Shown: piece by piece, positions 21,223 to 31,165 of the stretch
Layout of the letters: each line of letters starts with the position of its first letter
Numbering within the stretch: the first letter of the stretch is position 1
Virus record (IMG/VR): IMGVR_UViG_3300028601_000023
Span: 64,001 to 128,000 of that record
Strand: one strand, 5' to 3'
Length of the DNA stretch: 64,000 nt
From: a virus
Lineage: Duplodnaviria; Caudoviricetes
The notes under the pieces: model-generated
Database searches by the model: none
Told to the model about the DNA's origin: nothing
The model's input: only the letters and a program-made list of their open reading frames with translations
Translations under genes and position numbers: made by a program

Positions 21223-21714
21223 ATGACTGAACAACTATCTCTATTGGCTTATCACAAACATCAATTCGTTCCGGTTGATAGAACACTTGAAATTTATTTT
21301 TCAGGATGTACTCATCAGTGTCCAGGATGTCATAACTCAGAACTATGGGAACGGACGTCTGAGAATACTACTTGGATCTCTCCTATGAATCTTGTTGAAG
21401 GCCTGTTAGACTACAAGGACATTGCTACATCGGTCCATATTCTTGGTGGGGAACCTTTGGACCAAGATCATCAAGCTCTTTATGTGTTTATTCATTTCCT
21501 TGACAGCGTTGGTTTCAAAAATATCATTTTCTTTACTGCAAATGATATATCAGAAAGCGATGTATCTAAAAGTATTATGTTTGACTATTGTTCATTTGTC
21601 AAGGTTGGAGCTTATGATGAGTCCTTGACAGACGGTGCTTATGTTGATATTGAAACTGGAATCAAGTTAGCTTCATCTAACCAGAAAATCTACAAAGGAC
21701 GAAAACATGAGTAA
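21223..21714 (+). CDS. nrdG: anaerobic RNR activating enzyme (radical SAM)
   Basis: YFSGCTHQCPGCHN, ILGGEP, KVGAY, LASSNQ. Confidence 0.85.
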   Translation: MTEQLSLLAYHKHQFVPVDRTLEIYFSGCTHQCPGCHNSELWERTSENTTWISPMNLVEGLLDYKDIATSVHILGGEPLDQDHQALYVFIHFLDSVGFKNIIFFTANDISESDVSKSIMFDYCSFVKVGAYDESLTDGAYVDIETGIKLASSNQKIYKGRKHE

Positions 21715-22171
21715 AGAATACAAGAAGCATATGACCTTTTTGAGAATCGCAAAAGAATTTGCAAATCTGTCTCATTGTGTTTCTCATAAGGTTGCTGCTA
21801 TTGCTGTAAAGGATGGAAGGATCGTTTGTTCTGGTATCAATGGGACTCCTCCCGGAGATGCTAACTGTGATGATATCTTTGATGCTGATAATTTTGATAG
21901 AGAAGAACACAAAATCTTCTCAGACAAGAAAGAACTTCATGCTGAAATGAATTTGATTCTCTCAGCAGCTCGTGAAGGCATTTCGTTGAAAGGATCTACT
22001 CTATATTGTACGTTGTTTCCTTGCGGACAGTGCATCAAGAATCTTATGCTGTCTGGTATCTCTACTATCTATTACGCAAAGGTCTATGACAGATATTCAG
22101 AAAAAGAATACAATGACACGTTGTGGTGGTGTCGGGATCGTGGAATTACTATTGAACATATCCAAGTATAA
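21707..22171 (+). CDS. dCMP deaminase
   Basis: GINGTP, HAEMN, PCGQC. Confidence 0.9.
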   Translation: MSKEYKKHMTFLRIAKEFANLSHCVSHKVAAIAVKDGRIVCSGINGTPPGDANCDDIFDADNFDREEHKIFSDKKELHAEMNLILSAAREGISLKGSTLYCTLFPCGQCIKNLMLSGISTIYYAKVYDRYSEKEYNDTLWWCRDRGITIEHIQV

Positions 22172-22201
22172 ATAATTCAAAATAGACCCAAGGAGATTTA
22201 T

Positions 22202-22567
22202 ATGGCACGGAAAAAGAAAGATGTAGAAGTAGTTAAAGAAACATTTGATACTCCAGAAGAAGTGGTAGAACCAGTTGTAGAAACGTTTGCTGATATCACT
22301 GTAGATGAAATGCTTCCAGTATCAGATGCAGATGAAGAAGTTAAACCAGTAGTTGAAGAAATAGTTGAAGAAGTAAAGGATCCTGCTGTTAGTGAAGTAT
22401 TATTCCCTCTAGTAGTTGGACTTGTTGCTGATGGATATCAGGCTAGTGATATCAAGGCTCGTGTAAAAGCTATTGTAGAAAAGCGAGAAATTCATGGAGA
22501 TCTAACCAAATTCTATGAGCAACGTTTTACTAAGGATATGATTCTTGTTCTGTCGGAGCTTAAGTAA
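22202..22567 (+). CDS. acidic late protein
   Basis: TATAAATA at 22167 and SD; E/V-rich. Confidence 0.6.
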   Translation: MARKKKDVEVVKETFDTPEEVVEPVVETFADITVDEMLPVSDADEEVKPVVEEIVEEVKDPAVSEVLFPLVVGLVADGYQASDIKARVKAIVEKREIHGDLTKFYEQRFTKDMILVLSELK

Positions 22568-22568
22568 G

Positions 22569-22895
22569 ATGGTACTGACATTCAGAGAGTTTCATAATAC
22601 TGTCAAGAAGGTTGAAGAAGCCTTTAACGAGAATACTGATGAGACTATCGAGGGCTTCTTCGAGAAACTAGAAGAAAAACAAGTCTGTCTTGAAACCGTT
22701 ATGACTGGTGATATTGCTCAGATGACTCTTCCTCTCGGAGTTATGCGTAGACGTAAACCTATTCCGGAGACTGTTCCTGACAATTCAGAAATGGAAAAAT
22801 GGATAGCTGCAAACAAAGCTGCTTTCAAGAAACGCTATGGTGATGACTGGGAAAAGGTCCTTTATTCTACAGCAGAAGCCCTCTACAAGAAATGA
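22569..22895 (+). CDS. putative head-associated protein
   Basis: MVLTFREF CTS-like start; FKKRYG..W..V.Y.TA. Confidence 0.5.
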   Translation: MVLTFREFHNTVKKVEEAFNENTDETIEGFFEKLEEKQVCLETVMTGDIAQMTLPLGVMRRRKPIPETVPDNSEMEKWIAANKAAFKKRYGDDWEKVLYSTAEALYKK

Positions 22896-23464
22896 TAGTT
22901 GCTGGTGTAGATTACAGCATGTCGTCACCAAGCATTTGTGTGTACGATACTGAATCTGGTGATTTGTCTCATCAGAACTGTTTCTATTTCTATAAACAGG
23001 TTGTTCCGTCTATAAAGGAAATGAGTAGGATCTGTCAGTTAGATCTGATAAATATCTTTCCTGGATATCAGAGCAAGTTTGAAGATGAATTCACTAAAGT
23101 ATTCTGTCTAGCTGATTGGGGATATTCTATCATACGAGAAATGAAAGTAGAACTTGTAGCTCTCGAAAGTTATGCTTTTGGTGCGTCTGGCAGAGTATTC
23201 AATATTGCTGAAGCTACTGGATTATTCAAGATGTTTCTTCGGTTGAACAAAATTCCTTTATTGACTTTTGCTCCATCTCAGATTAAAAAGGTTTTTTCAG
23301 GAAAAGGAAATAGTAATAAGAACGCAATGATCAAATTCTACAATGATAAATATAGCGTTAATATGTGGGATATTTTTGGAGTTGAAGAAAAAGTTGAAGC
23401 TCCGATTGCTGATCTTGTTGATTCGCATGCTATTCTTTATACATATCTAGAACTAAAATCTTAG
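22892..23464 (+). CDS. RuvC-like Holliday junction resolvase
   Basis: AGVDYSMSSP, ALESYA, IKKVFSGKGNSNK, DLVDS. Confidence 0.8.
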   Translation: MIVAGVDYSMSSPSICVYDTESGDLSHQNCFYFYKQVVPSIKEMSRICQLDLINIFPGYQSKFEDEFTKVFCLADWGYSIIREMKVELVALESYAFGASGRVFNIAEATGLFKMFLRLNKIPLLTFAPSQIKKVFSGKGNSNKNAMIKFYNDKYSVNMWDIFGVEEKVEAPIADLVDSHAILYTYLELKS

Positions 23465-23473
23465 GAGGCCTTA

Positions 23474-23911
23474 ATGATTTACACCAAAGTTGGGGATGTA
23501 AAGTCCCCTTGTCGCGCTAATGATACTGATGCGGGTATCGACTTCTACGTTCCAAATGACTTTTCTCCAATTACACTTGATCCACAAAAAGACATTCTCA
23601 TTCCTCTCGGAATCAAAGTACAAGTTCCAAATGGATATGCTTTAATTGCATTCAATAAATCTGGTGTGGCCACTAAAAAGAAATTTGTTGTCGGTGCGTG
23701 TTGTGTAGACGTAGGCTATGAAGGTGTTGTGCATTGTCATATTCTCAACGCTGGAACAGAACCACAAGAAATTATTCCAGGAATGAAGATTGTTCAGTTT
23801 GTTCTTCTTCCTATTAGCTCAGCACATCCTAAAGAGGTATCTAACGATGAATATACAGCATGTTGTGGATCAAACCGCGGAGCAGGCGGATTCGGATCAA
23901 CTGGCGTCTAA
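23474..23911 (+). CDS. dut: trimeric dUTPase
   Basis: DAGID, KSG, VDVGYEG, RGAGGFGSTG. Confidence 0.95.
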   Translation: MIYTKVGDVKSPCRANDTDAGIDFYVPNDFSPITLDPQKDILIPLGIKVQVPNGYALIAFNKSGVATKKKFVVGACCVDVGYEGVVHCHILNAGTEPQEIIPGMKIVQFVLLPISSAHPKEVSNDEYTACCGSNRGAGGFGSTGV

Positions 23912-24177
23912 CTATACTGTCAATCTATATGTAATGGATCCTTCTGGGATCCGCGAAATACTTATTGAGACCCAGTTAGATTTGATCTCTGCTTATTATC
24001 TACAGAAGAATCTAAATGCTTCTATTGAACTATTGAGAAAAACAAAAGATTCTGTTGCTGTTTCATTTACTTATATTAAAGACGGCGAACTTTGTTCTTG
24101 TGGGTTTATCAATGTTGTTGGGATCGTTCATAACATTCCAGTATTGAAAGCACAAGAAATTCCAGATGAGGTGATTG

Positions 24178-24552
24178 ATGAATAAGCATAAAGGATATTC
24201 TCGTATTCTAATGGACATCGACAACACTATCTCGTTTACTACTGATAGGGACTATGCTAATGCGGTTCCTAATATGCCAGTAATAAAAAAGATGAGAGAG
24301 CTTGCTTCTCAAGGTGTAAACTTTGTTTTGTTTACTGCTCGGGGAATGGTGACATTTGAAGACAATGTAGATGCAGCTGAGAGGCGTCATAGACCACAGC
24401 TAGAAGAATGGATGAAAAGGTACAATGTTCCTTATTCTGATATTGTATTTGGAAAACCATTTGCTTTAGCTATTGTAGATGATACTGCTATCAGACCAAA
24501 TGAATTCTTGGAGTTATCTCTTGATAAAACAACACACACCGATAGTAATTGA
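24178..24552 (+). CDS. HAD phosphatase (capsule-biosynthesis EcbF/BcbF-like)
   Basis: DIDNTI, FTARGM, VPY..I.FGKP, IVDD.AIRP.EF. Confidence 0.8.
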   Translation: MNKHKGYSRILMDIDNTISFTTDRDYANAVPNMPVIKKMRELASQGVNFVLFTARGMVTFEDNVDAAERRHRPQLEEWMKRYNVPYSDIVFGKPFALAIVDDTAIRPNEFLELSLDKTTHTDSN

Positions 24553-25945
24553 TAGCAACAAAAAGGAATCAGTGGTTTTCATGGTTCCTTTTTGTCCGTC
24601 CAAGACTATCAAGTATTCACCTATTTTTGGATTCAAGTATACAATTTTAAAGGAATTGCAGAACCAATTCAATGTGATCATTATCGGTGGAGACACTGAA
24701 CTGTCTACAGAATTCAATTATTTTCGTCCAGACCAGAAAAGATTTGATGAAATAAAAGAATCAGAATTCAAGAAAAAGACTGAGACTGATAATCATTTTT
24801 TATATAACTATAATATCATCAAAGGCCATCTACGAGACGTTCTAAAAGTTATTTCTGGATTGAACGTCAAGTATATACTAAACAATGATGAAGGTATGTG
24901 GCTTCCGTTGATGAAGTATAAGCTCAAAGAATTTAAACACGAGTTCAACGAGTTCTTTGACTATACTGGAGATGATCTTAGTATAATTCAAAAGAAAAAT
25001 GAATATAGTGAAGAAGTCTCAAACAATATACATCGGCATGTCAATATTCTTGCATATTCTCAGGTCCGCCAAGCATTTCAGTATTGTCTGATTGATGTTC
25101 TAGTTGAGATGTTTCAGAATACTCTAAAATCTTTTGACAATTTTGTTATAGATCCGGTGAACTTTGCTCCGTACTATAATAACCTTCCGGTTCCAAATAG
25201 GAATCTTTATTTTGTTGATGACAATAGAGGAACACGTAACTTTCAGAAATTTCCAATTGGACAATTACAACACGCCTATCATGATGAAGCCGTTAAGACC
25301 ATAAACCCGTTAGACGATGAAGATCCGATTGTAAAAGATAAAATCTTTATTCATTATAGCTCATTGTTCCATGAGAAAGGTTCTAGATTGGACCTGTGGA
25401 ATTTATATTTCAAAGATCTAAGAATCGAAAATTCTTCTCTGTTTATTCCAATGAAGTCTAATGGATTCTTTTTCAAATCAGAAAAGGAATTGAACGGATC
25501 ACAGCGTTTGATTTCTGAAATGGATAAACTATATAAGATTTTTGGAGAAGATCTTGTTGATGAAGTTAATTCGCATCCAATGTATTGTAAATGGTTTAAA
25601 CCCGAGCAATGCAATGATATTCTAAAGCAGTATCGTTATTCTACGATCATTCGTTGTATGTCTCATTATGATTCGTTGAACTATCGTCCGGTTCTATATA
25701 CTTACAATAAAGTATTACCGTTGTTAGATCCAATGTATGATCCGGCATACTTACATATTCCGAAAGAGATTCAGGAATTGCTTTTAGTACGAGATCATAA
25801 AGACATTGAAGACAAAGTAAAGTATTACGAACAACGCCCACAAGAACGTGAAGATATATTGGAATTTCTATGGAACCATTTCGAGATTGACAAATGGAAG
25901 AATCCAGAATATATTGACTCATTAATCAAATCATATTGGAGTTAA
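24500..25945 (+). CDS. putative glycosyltransferase (GT-B-like)
   Basis: size, position between HAD and GT-like genes, C-terminal ..RP..Y....VLPL.D pattern; weak. Confidence 0.45.
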   Translation: MNSWSYLLIKQHTPIVIDSNKKESVVFMVPFCPSKTIKYSPIFGFKYTILKELQNQFNVIIIGGDTELSTEFNYFRPDQKRFDEIKESEFKKKTETDNHFLYNYNIIKGHLRDVLKVISGLNVKYILNNDEGMWLPLMKYKLKEFKHEFNEFFDYTGDDLSIIQKKNEYSEEVSNNIHRHVNILAYSQVRQAFQYCLIDVLVEMFQNTLKSFDNFVIDPVNFAPYYNNLPVPNRNLYFVDDNRGTRNFQKFPIGQLQHAYHDEAVKTINPLDDEDPIVKDKIFIHYSSLFHEKGSRLDLWNLYFKDLRIENSSLFIPMKSNGFFFKSEKELNGSQRLISEMDKLYKIFGEDLVDEVNSHPMYCKWFKPEQCNDILKQYRYSTIIRCMSHYDSLNYRPVLYTYNKVLPLLDPMYDPAYLHIPKEIQELLLVRDHKDIEDKVKYYEQRPQEREDILEFLWNHFEIDKWKNPEYIDSLIKSYWS

Positions 25946-25951
25946 AAATTT

Positions 25952-27352
25952 ATGGCTAATGTAATCTATGCCAAATTCGGTAAAAGTATTCTTTTTGACG
26001 AATCCAAATGGTCACCAGCCGGAGGAGATAATGAAGCATCTTATCTCCTTTTTGCAATGGCTCGGTTCTATCCTGAACATACCTTTTGGATCGTTGGTAA
26101 ATCTGATTGGGATAGAGTCTTTCCAGAAGGTCATGAAAAATTTCCAAATATCAAGTATATCTGGTCTAAGGAATATTGGGAAGATGCGACCAATCCGAAC
26201 AAATATTCTGATGATGAAGATAAAAATGTCGTTATAGAAAAGTATTGTAACTATACATATAAGACATTTCAGCGTCTAGGAATTACTATTGATTACGGTA
26301 TCCTTCTGATGGGAATTATGTACAATGCTCATATTCCGAACTGCGTCCCAAAGACTCGCGGAGTAAAGGATACTGATCCAATTGAATTTTGTAAGCCGTT
26401 AGAATGCCCGCTGAAGTATTCTTCTCATATCAATGTTCTATTGAATGAGACAGATGTTCCATGGATGATTATCTGTACTGATCCTCGCCAAACAAGAAAC
26501 AAACCCAAGGATCTGATCAACCAAGCATATATTGTAGCATCTCAAATTGATGACGTCTATTCTAAAGCTGGAACAAAACATTGGTATAACGGAAAGCACG
26601 TTCCTACTCTGAATGACAGACATCATGAGAGTTCTTATGCTGAATTCATCAATCTGTTATCTAGAGACCCTTATATGGAACTAAAGAATCTTGATCGAGA
26701 TTGGTTTGCTAAAAAATCTGGATTCAATATGATAGTAAATGAGGGCATACCTTCAACAGATCCAAATAAGAAACCTCCACGCTGGCATCCGTTGAATGAA
26801 TATATTCTATCAGATCCATTGTTTGAATGTTCTATCTATGGCAAATGGACAGACGAAGTACTTGATTCTGATAGTAGATTTAAAGGACCGATCCACCCGA
26901 ATAGTCTTGGAACTGTTCTAGAGACTACTAAATATACATTCTGTATTCCGATCGATGCTGGATGGATGACTTCTAAATTTGTCGAGATGGCCCACTTCGG
27001 AGTAATTCCGTTTCTACATAAGGACTATGCATCTAAATCACTGTCAAAGAATTTCATTGATGACTATTTCTTTGTTTCTTCTAAAGAAGATCTGTTCAAT
27101 AAAATAACAGACTTGGAATCATCCTTTGATAAATACATGGCAGTCATTGAAAAGCTGAAAAAAATTATCTTTATCAGTAATAGCATGGCTATGTATACTG
27201 GGGCCTTTGTTTCTGCTTCTATGGTCAATTTGATACACAAGCATGAACAACATACTGATATTTGGCCGTTGAAAACAAAAGAATCATTAAAAGAAACAAT
27301 TACATTGAAAGATTATATGAAAGTATCAAATCCCATGGATGCTTTTTTCTAA
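25952..27352 (+). CDS. putative DNA glycosyltransferase (GT-B-like)
   Basis: GGDNE, TDPR, IYGKW, KYTFCIP...W.TSKFVEM...GVIPFLH..Y. Confidence 0.6.
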   Translation: MANVIYAKFGKSILFDESKWSPAGGDNEASYLLFAMARFYPEHTFWIVGKSDWDRVFPEGHEKFPNIKYIWSKEYWEDATNPNKYSDDEDKNVVIEKYCNYTYKTFQRLGITIDYGILLMGIMYNAHIPNCVPKTRGVKDTDPIEFCKPLECPLKYSSHINVLLNETDVPWMIICTDPRQTRNKPKDLINQAYIVASQIDDVYSKAGTKHWYNGKHVPTLNDRHHESSYAEFINLLSRDPYMELKNLDRDWFAKKSGFNMIVNEGIPSTDPNKKPPRWHPLNEYILSDPLFECSIYGKWTDEVLDSDSRFKGPIHPNSLGTVLETTKYTFCIPIDAGWMTSKFVEMAHFGVIPFLHKDYASKSLSKNFIDDYFFVSSKEDLFNKITDLESSFDKYMAVIEKLKKIIFISNSMAMYTGAFVSASMVNLIHKHEQHTDIWPLKTKESLKETITLKDYMKVSNPMDAFF

Positions 27353-27361
27353 GGAGTGCAA

Positions 27362-28654
27362 ATGAATTTTACTTGGTCAGTTATTGTCCCTCTCATCGGC
27401 GGACTTCCACTTGCTATGAAAAATGTTTTTGAGAAAGATCCTGAATACATAATGAGTTATTCTCCATTTCAAAATAATGATAAACATTTTGTTTCTTATC
27501 TTCGTCAACATGGATGGAACGGAAAATATCATGTTCTTGATTCTGTAGAAGATTCTTGTATTGCTGATATTTGTACTGATGAACCCGAAACAAATGTAGA
27601 TGTGGTTGGAGCTGTTTGTCCATGTGCTGGACTATCTTCTTTATCCGTTACAAGTAATGCTGATTCAGCTGTCAATCAATGGCTCTATACTTCAGCAGAA
27701 TATGTATTGAAAAATCGGAAACCAAAGATCTTTTGGGGCGAGAATGCTCCGAGGCTTGCCACTGCGTCTGGAAAGAAGGTTGCTGATGAACTCTATGAGA
27801 TCGGCAAAAAGTATGGATATCATTTTCTAATCTATTCAACCGAATCGCGTCTCCACGGCAATCCACAGATCAGACCAAGAACTTTCTATTTCTTTTTCAA
27901 TAAAACGCATTTTGCTTCTATGCCAGTTCTTTATGATATTCCCAAAGAAACCCTTTCTTATGAAGTAGTCCTTGCTAAACCTCTAATAGAAAATGATCCG
28001 ATGAACATTCTAATGAATCCGAATGTTCCGTCAAAGGATCCATATTACTCTTTCTTATATGAGCATCTGCAGGCTGAGTCTCATCGTGATCTAATAGAAA
28101 AGCTTTGTCCGTCTACTAACGGAGATAACAAATCTGCTAATCTATTGGTTTATTCTATCGATTATGTCGATAAGAATCATGGTGGTCTTGACTATCTAAT
28201 TGATTGGTTTAAAGATAATGGCTTTGAGCGTGCATCTAAACGTATGTCTGATGTAAAAGCAAAAAGAGAATGCAATAAAGGAGCATGGTTGCATGGAACA
28301 ACTGTTGCTAGAGATATAATCCCATCATTTGTTGCACATATGCCATCTTCTCTGATTCATCCATACGAAGACCGTTACTTGTATATTCGAGAAGGTCTCC
28401 GTCTAATGAAGATGCCTGATGATTTTATGCTTGCTAATGAGAATCCACTACGAGATCTAAATCATATCTGTCAGAACGTTATTGTTACTACTGCAGAACT
28501 AATGTGTAAAGAAATTATTCTTATGCTTACAGGGAATTCTCCAGTAACAGATGGGTCTTATGCTATACAGACTAACAAAGGTGGAACAACTGCTATTTGT
28601 GATCGGACACCAGTTGATGATTTATCTATCTCTTCTTTAGATGATTTTTGTTGA
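27362..28654 (+). CDS. cytosine-C5 methyltransferase homolog with atypical SAM-binding motifs
   Basis: PC (VCPCAGLS), ENAP, PQIRPR, RE.LRLM..PDDF. Confidence 0.8.
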   Translation: MNFTWSVIVPLIGGLPLAMKNVFEKDPEYIMSYSPFQNNDKHFVSYLRQHGWNGKYHVLDSVEDSCIADICTDEPETNVDVVGAVCPCAGLSSLSVTSNADSAVNQWLYTSAEYVLKNRKPKIFWGENAPRLATASGKKVADELYEIGKKYGYHFLIYSTESRLHGNPQIRPRTFYFFFNKTHFASMPVLYDIPKETLSYEVVLAKPLIENDPMNILMNPNVPSKDPYYSFLYEHLQAESHRDLIEKLCPSTNGDNKSANLLVYSIDYVDKNHGGLDYLIDWFKDNGFERASKRMSDVKAKRECNKGAWLHGTTVARDIIPSFVAHMPSSLIHPYEDRYLYIREGLRLMKMPDDFMLANENPLRDLNHICQNVIVTTAELMCKEIILMLTGNSPVTDGSYAIQTNKGGTTAICDRTPVDDLSISSLDDFC

Positions 28655-28715
28655 CAGTAACTCAAAGAATGATTATTGTTTATCCATTAAATCAACCTAA
28701 ACCTGGGGTTTTGAG

Positions 28716-28874
28716 ATGAAGATTTCAAAGGAAGAAATCAACAAGATGAATCGGGCTGATGAGTTTTACCACATGTCGGTTGGCGAAAACAAGCGTCGGT
28801 GTAAAACTCATGAGTCTCAGAAACAGTATAAGAGAAAAGATAAGTATAAAAAAGATTTTTCGGAGGCTGAATGA
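28716..28874 (+). CDS. small basic protein (not in ORF track)
   Basis: 52 aa MKISKEE...KTHESQKQYKRKDKYKK; stop overlaps the rnh start. Confidence 0.55.
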   Translation: MKISKEEINKMNRADEFYHMSVGENKRRCKTHESQKQYKRKDKYKKDFSEAE

Positions 28875-29758
28875 TTCTTTATGATTTTTCTGGTACTTTG
28901 TTCGCTGCAATCCACGTATCCCTTGCTCAGAACGGCTCTATTGTTACAGAAGAAAAGTTTCTTAGACATCTGATCATTAACTCTCTACGTCATTGTAATA
29001 ACAAGTACAAAGACAAATATGGAGAGATGGTTGTCTGTCTAGATTCTCGTGATGGATATTGGAGAAAGAAGGATGTATTTCCATACTACAAATATGGAAG
29101 AAAAGAAGGACGCGAAGCTTCTGCTATTGATTGGAATACTATCTTTGTATCAATCAACAAGATCGTTGAAGAAGTAAAGACATACTTTCCGTATAAGATC
29201 CTCCAAGTTCCACTCTGTGAAGCTGATGATCTAATTGCTGTTCTTGCTAAGAATGCTGAAGAACTAACAGAAAAGAATATTCTTGATGAAATGACTCATC
29301 CTGTTTTGATTGTTTCTAATGATAAAGACATGAAACAATTGCATAAATATAAATGGGTTCGGCAGTATTTTCCACAGAAGGATACTATTCTACGAGAAGC
29401 CGACCCAAAAATGTTTCTGATTGAACAGGTTCTGAAAGGCGATAAAGGAGACGGTATTCCAAATGTCAGGTCAGCAGCCGATTCATTTGTCGTTGGAAAA
29501 AGACAACTTCCAGTCACAGCGAAGTTCATTCGAGAATTCTTAGAGATGGGGACAGCTGCTTTTACTACTGCAGAATATAACCGATACCGCGACAACAAGA
29601 AGCTGATTGACCTTTCAGAGATCCCGGATAAATATGAACAACAGATAGTTGAAGCATACAAATCGGCCAAACCAAATACAAACAAAATGGATCTCATGAA
29701 GTATTTTTGTGCAACAGATTTGAAACAGTGCTTAGAGAAGATATCTGAATTTTACTAA
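28871..29758 (+). CDS. rnh: RNase H / 5'-3' exonuclease (T4 rnh-like)
   Basis: YWRK..FPYYK..R, EADD, SNDKD, GDKGDGIPN. Confidence 0.92.
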   Translation: MILYDFSGTLFAAIHVSLAQNGSIVTEEKFLRHLIINSLRHCNNKYKDKYGEMVVCLDSRDGYWRKKDVFPYYKYGRKEGREASAIDWNTIFVSINKIVEEVKTYFPYKILQVPLCEADDLIAVLAKNAEELTEKNILDEMTHPVLIVSNDKDMKQLHKYKWVRQYFPQKDTILREADPKMFLIEQVLKGDKGDGIPNVRSAADSFVVGKRQLPVTAKFIREFLEMGTAAFTTAEYNRYRDNKKLIDLSEIPDKYEQQIVEAYKSAKPNTNKMDLMKYFCATDLKQCLEKISEFY

Positions 29759-29770
29759 AAGGAACAAACT

Positions 29771-30847
29771 ATGGCTTACACATTACTAGAAGTGATTGAG
29801 AATCCGAGGCGGATCAACAATATCGGAAGAGATTCTCTCTTCGATTATCTAGAAGAGGCGTCTAAAGATCAGGAAAGGTTTAATGCATATATGCAGATGT
29901 TGGACAACTTTGTTCCATGGGCTTATTCTGGTATTATGTTGGCTGCCTCTGATATCTATAGCCTAAAAGCATTGTTTGGTGATGAAATTGAAAATGCTGG
30001 AACAGTCAAATATGATCATGGATCTGTCGGACTACTTCCAGCAATCAAAATGATCTATACATATTATGAGATTGGGAATATTGTAGACGAAGTTCGTCGA
30101 GCGCAGATCATGACATATGCTGAATCGACTCTAGCATCAGACGATCATCGATTCTTTATCCGGATGCTTAAACAAGATGTTTCTAAAAAGGTTATGAAAG
30201 CGCTGAAACAGTATAAAGAAGATGGATTAATGCAGCCGAGATATGCCGAATACTTCAAGTTCTCTTATGAGAAACCTGTTTTGTGTGAACCCGCATCAGA
30301 TTTTTCATATTTCATTCCAGTATCTAATCTATCAACAAAAGTAAAGTGTGAGAATGTACTATATGAGATGGACGGATCTATCTCTTCTTATAATTTGAAT
30401 ACGATCTATTCTGAACTTCGTAAAAATGGAATCAATACTTTTGCTTTACCACTTCGATGCTATATCTATTTTGATGGTGATGAAGCTGTTGCTTTTCAGA
30501 CTCCCCAAAAAATGTACTATCTCAAAAAATGTATCTCATCTGCAGCAGTCTCATTAGCAGACGTAATTTCAAAGAATCCTACTCATATTCTTGACTGTGA
30601 TATTGTTACTGGAGAAATCAAAGGATGCGCGTCAAAGGAAAACACAGAACTTGTAGAACGGTCTTTAGAAGTGAAATCTTCGTCTGTGTTAGCAATCCCA
30701 GTTCAGAATAACATCTACAGGATGCTACAGTGCGTTCTAAAGGATGATAACTTGATTACTATATCAACATACACCGGATTCGAGAAAGCTCCCGGAAAGA
30801 AAATTAAAGTCATTGAACATAATCAGGTATTCTATCTGTTAGAATAG
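29771..30847 (+). CDS. hypothetical protein
   Basis: 358 aa ORF with SD. Confidence 0.7.
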   Translation: MAYTLLEVIENPRRINNIGRDSLFDYLEEASKDQERFNAYMQMLDNFVPWAYSGIMLAASDIYSLKALFGDEIENAGTVKYDHGSVGLLPAIKMIYTYYEIGNIVDEVRRAQIMTYAESTLASDDHRFFIRMLKQDVSKKVMKALKQYKEDGLMQPRYAEYFKFSYEKPVLCEPASDFSYFIPVSNLSTKVKCENVLYEMDGSISSYNLNTIYSELRKNGINTFALPLRCYIYFDGDEAVAFQTPQKMYYLKKCISSAAVSLADVISKNPTHILDCDIVTGEIKGCASKENTELVERSLEVKSSSVLAIPVQNNIYRMLQCVLKDDNLITISTYTGFEKAPGKKIKVIEHNQVFYLLE

Positions 30848-30871
30848 AATCTTCAAAAACTTTTTCTTCTG

Positions 30872-30916
30872 AAAAGCGTTTTTCTGATTGACAGATTAAC
30901 GCTTTTTTTATATTCT
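30872..30916 (+). terminator. terminator hairpin overlapping a promoter
   Basis: aaaagcgtt..tctg-attga-caga..aacgcttttttt; TTGACA 30888, TATTCT 30911. Confidence 0.6.
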
Positions 30917-31165
30917 GTTTCTACCAATTGAAACGGGGGACAAATGATCTGGATAAAATCTTTTTGGCTGGTTCTCACCGGATATGACTATTTTATTGTT
31001 GACGGCGAGGTCTTTGGGTATTATCATAAGGCTAAACCATACTACGATAGTCTAAACGATTCTCATGTTGTTATGCTTGGTTACAATATTATTATTGGCA
31101 GGACTTCAAAGGTTCACGAAAAATATAACCGGAACGGCACGTCTGTTCAATTCTAGGAGATTCAC

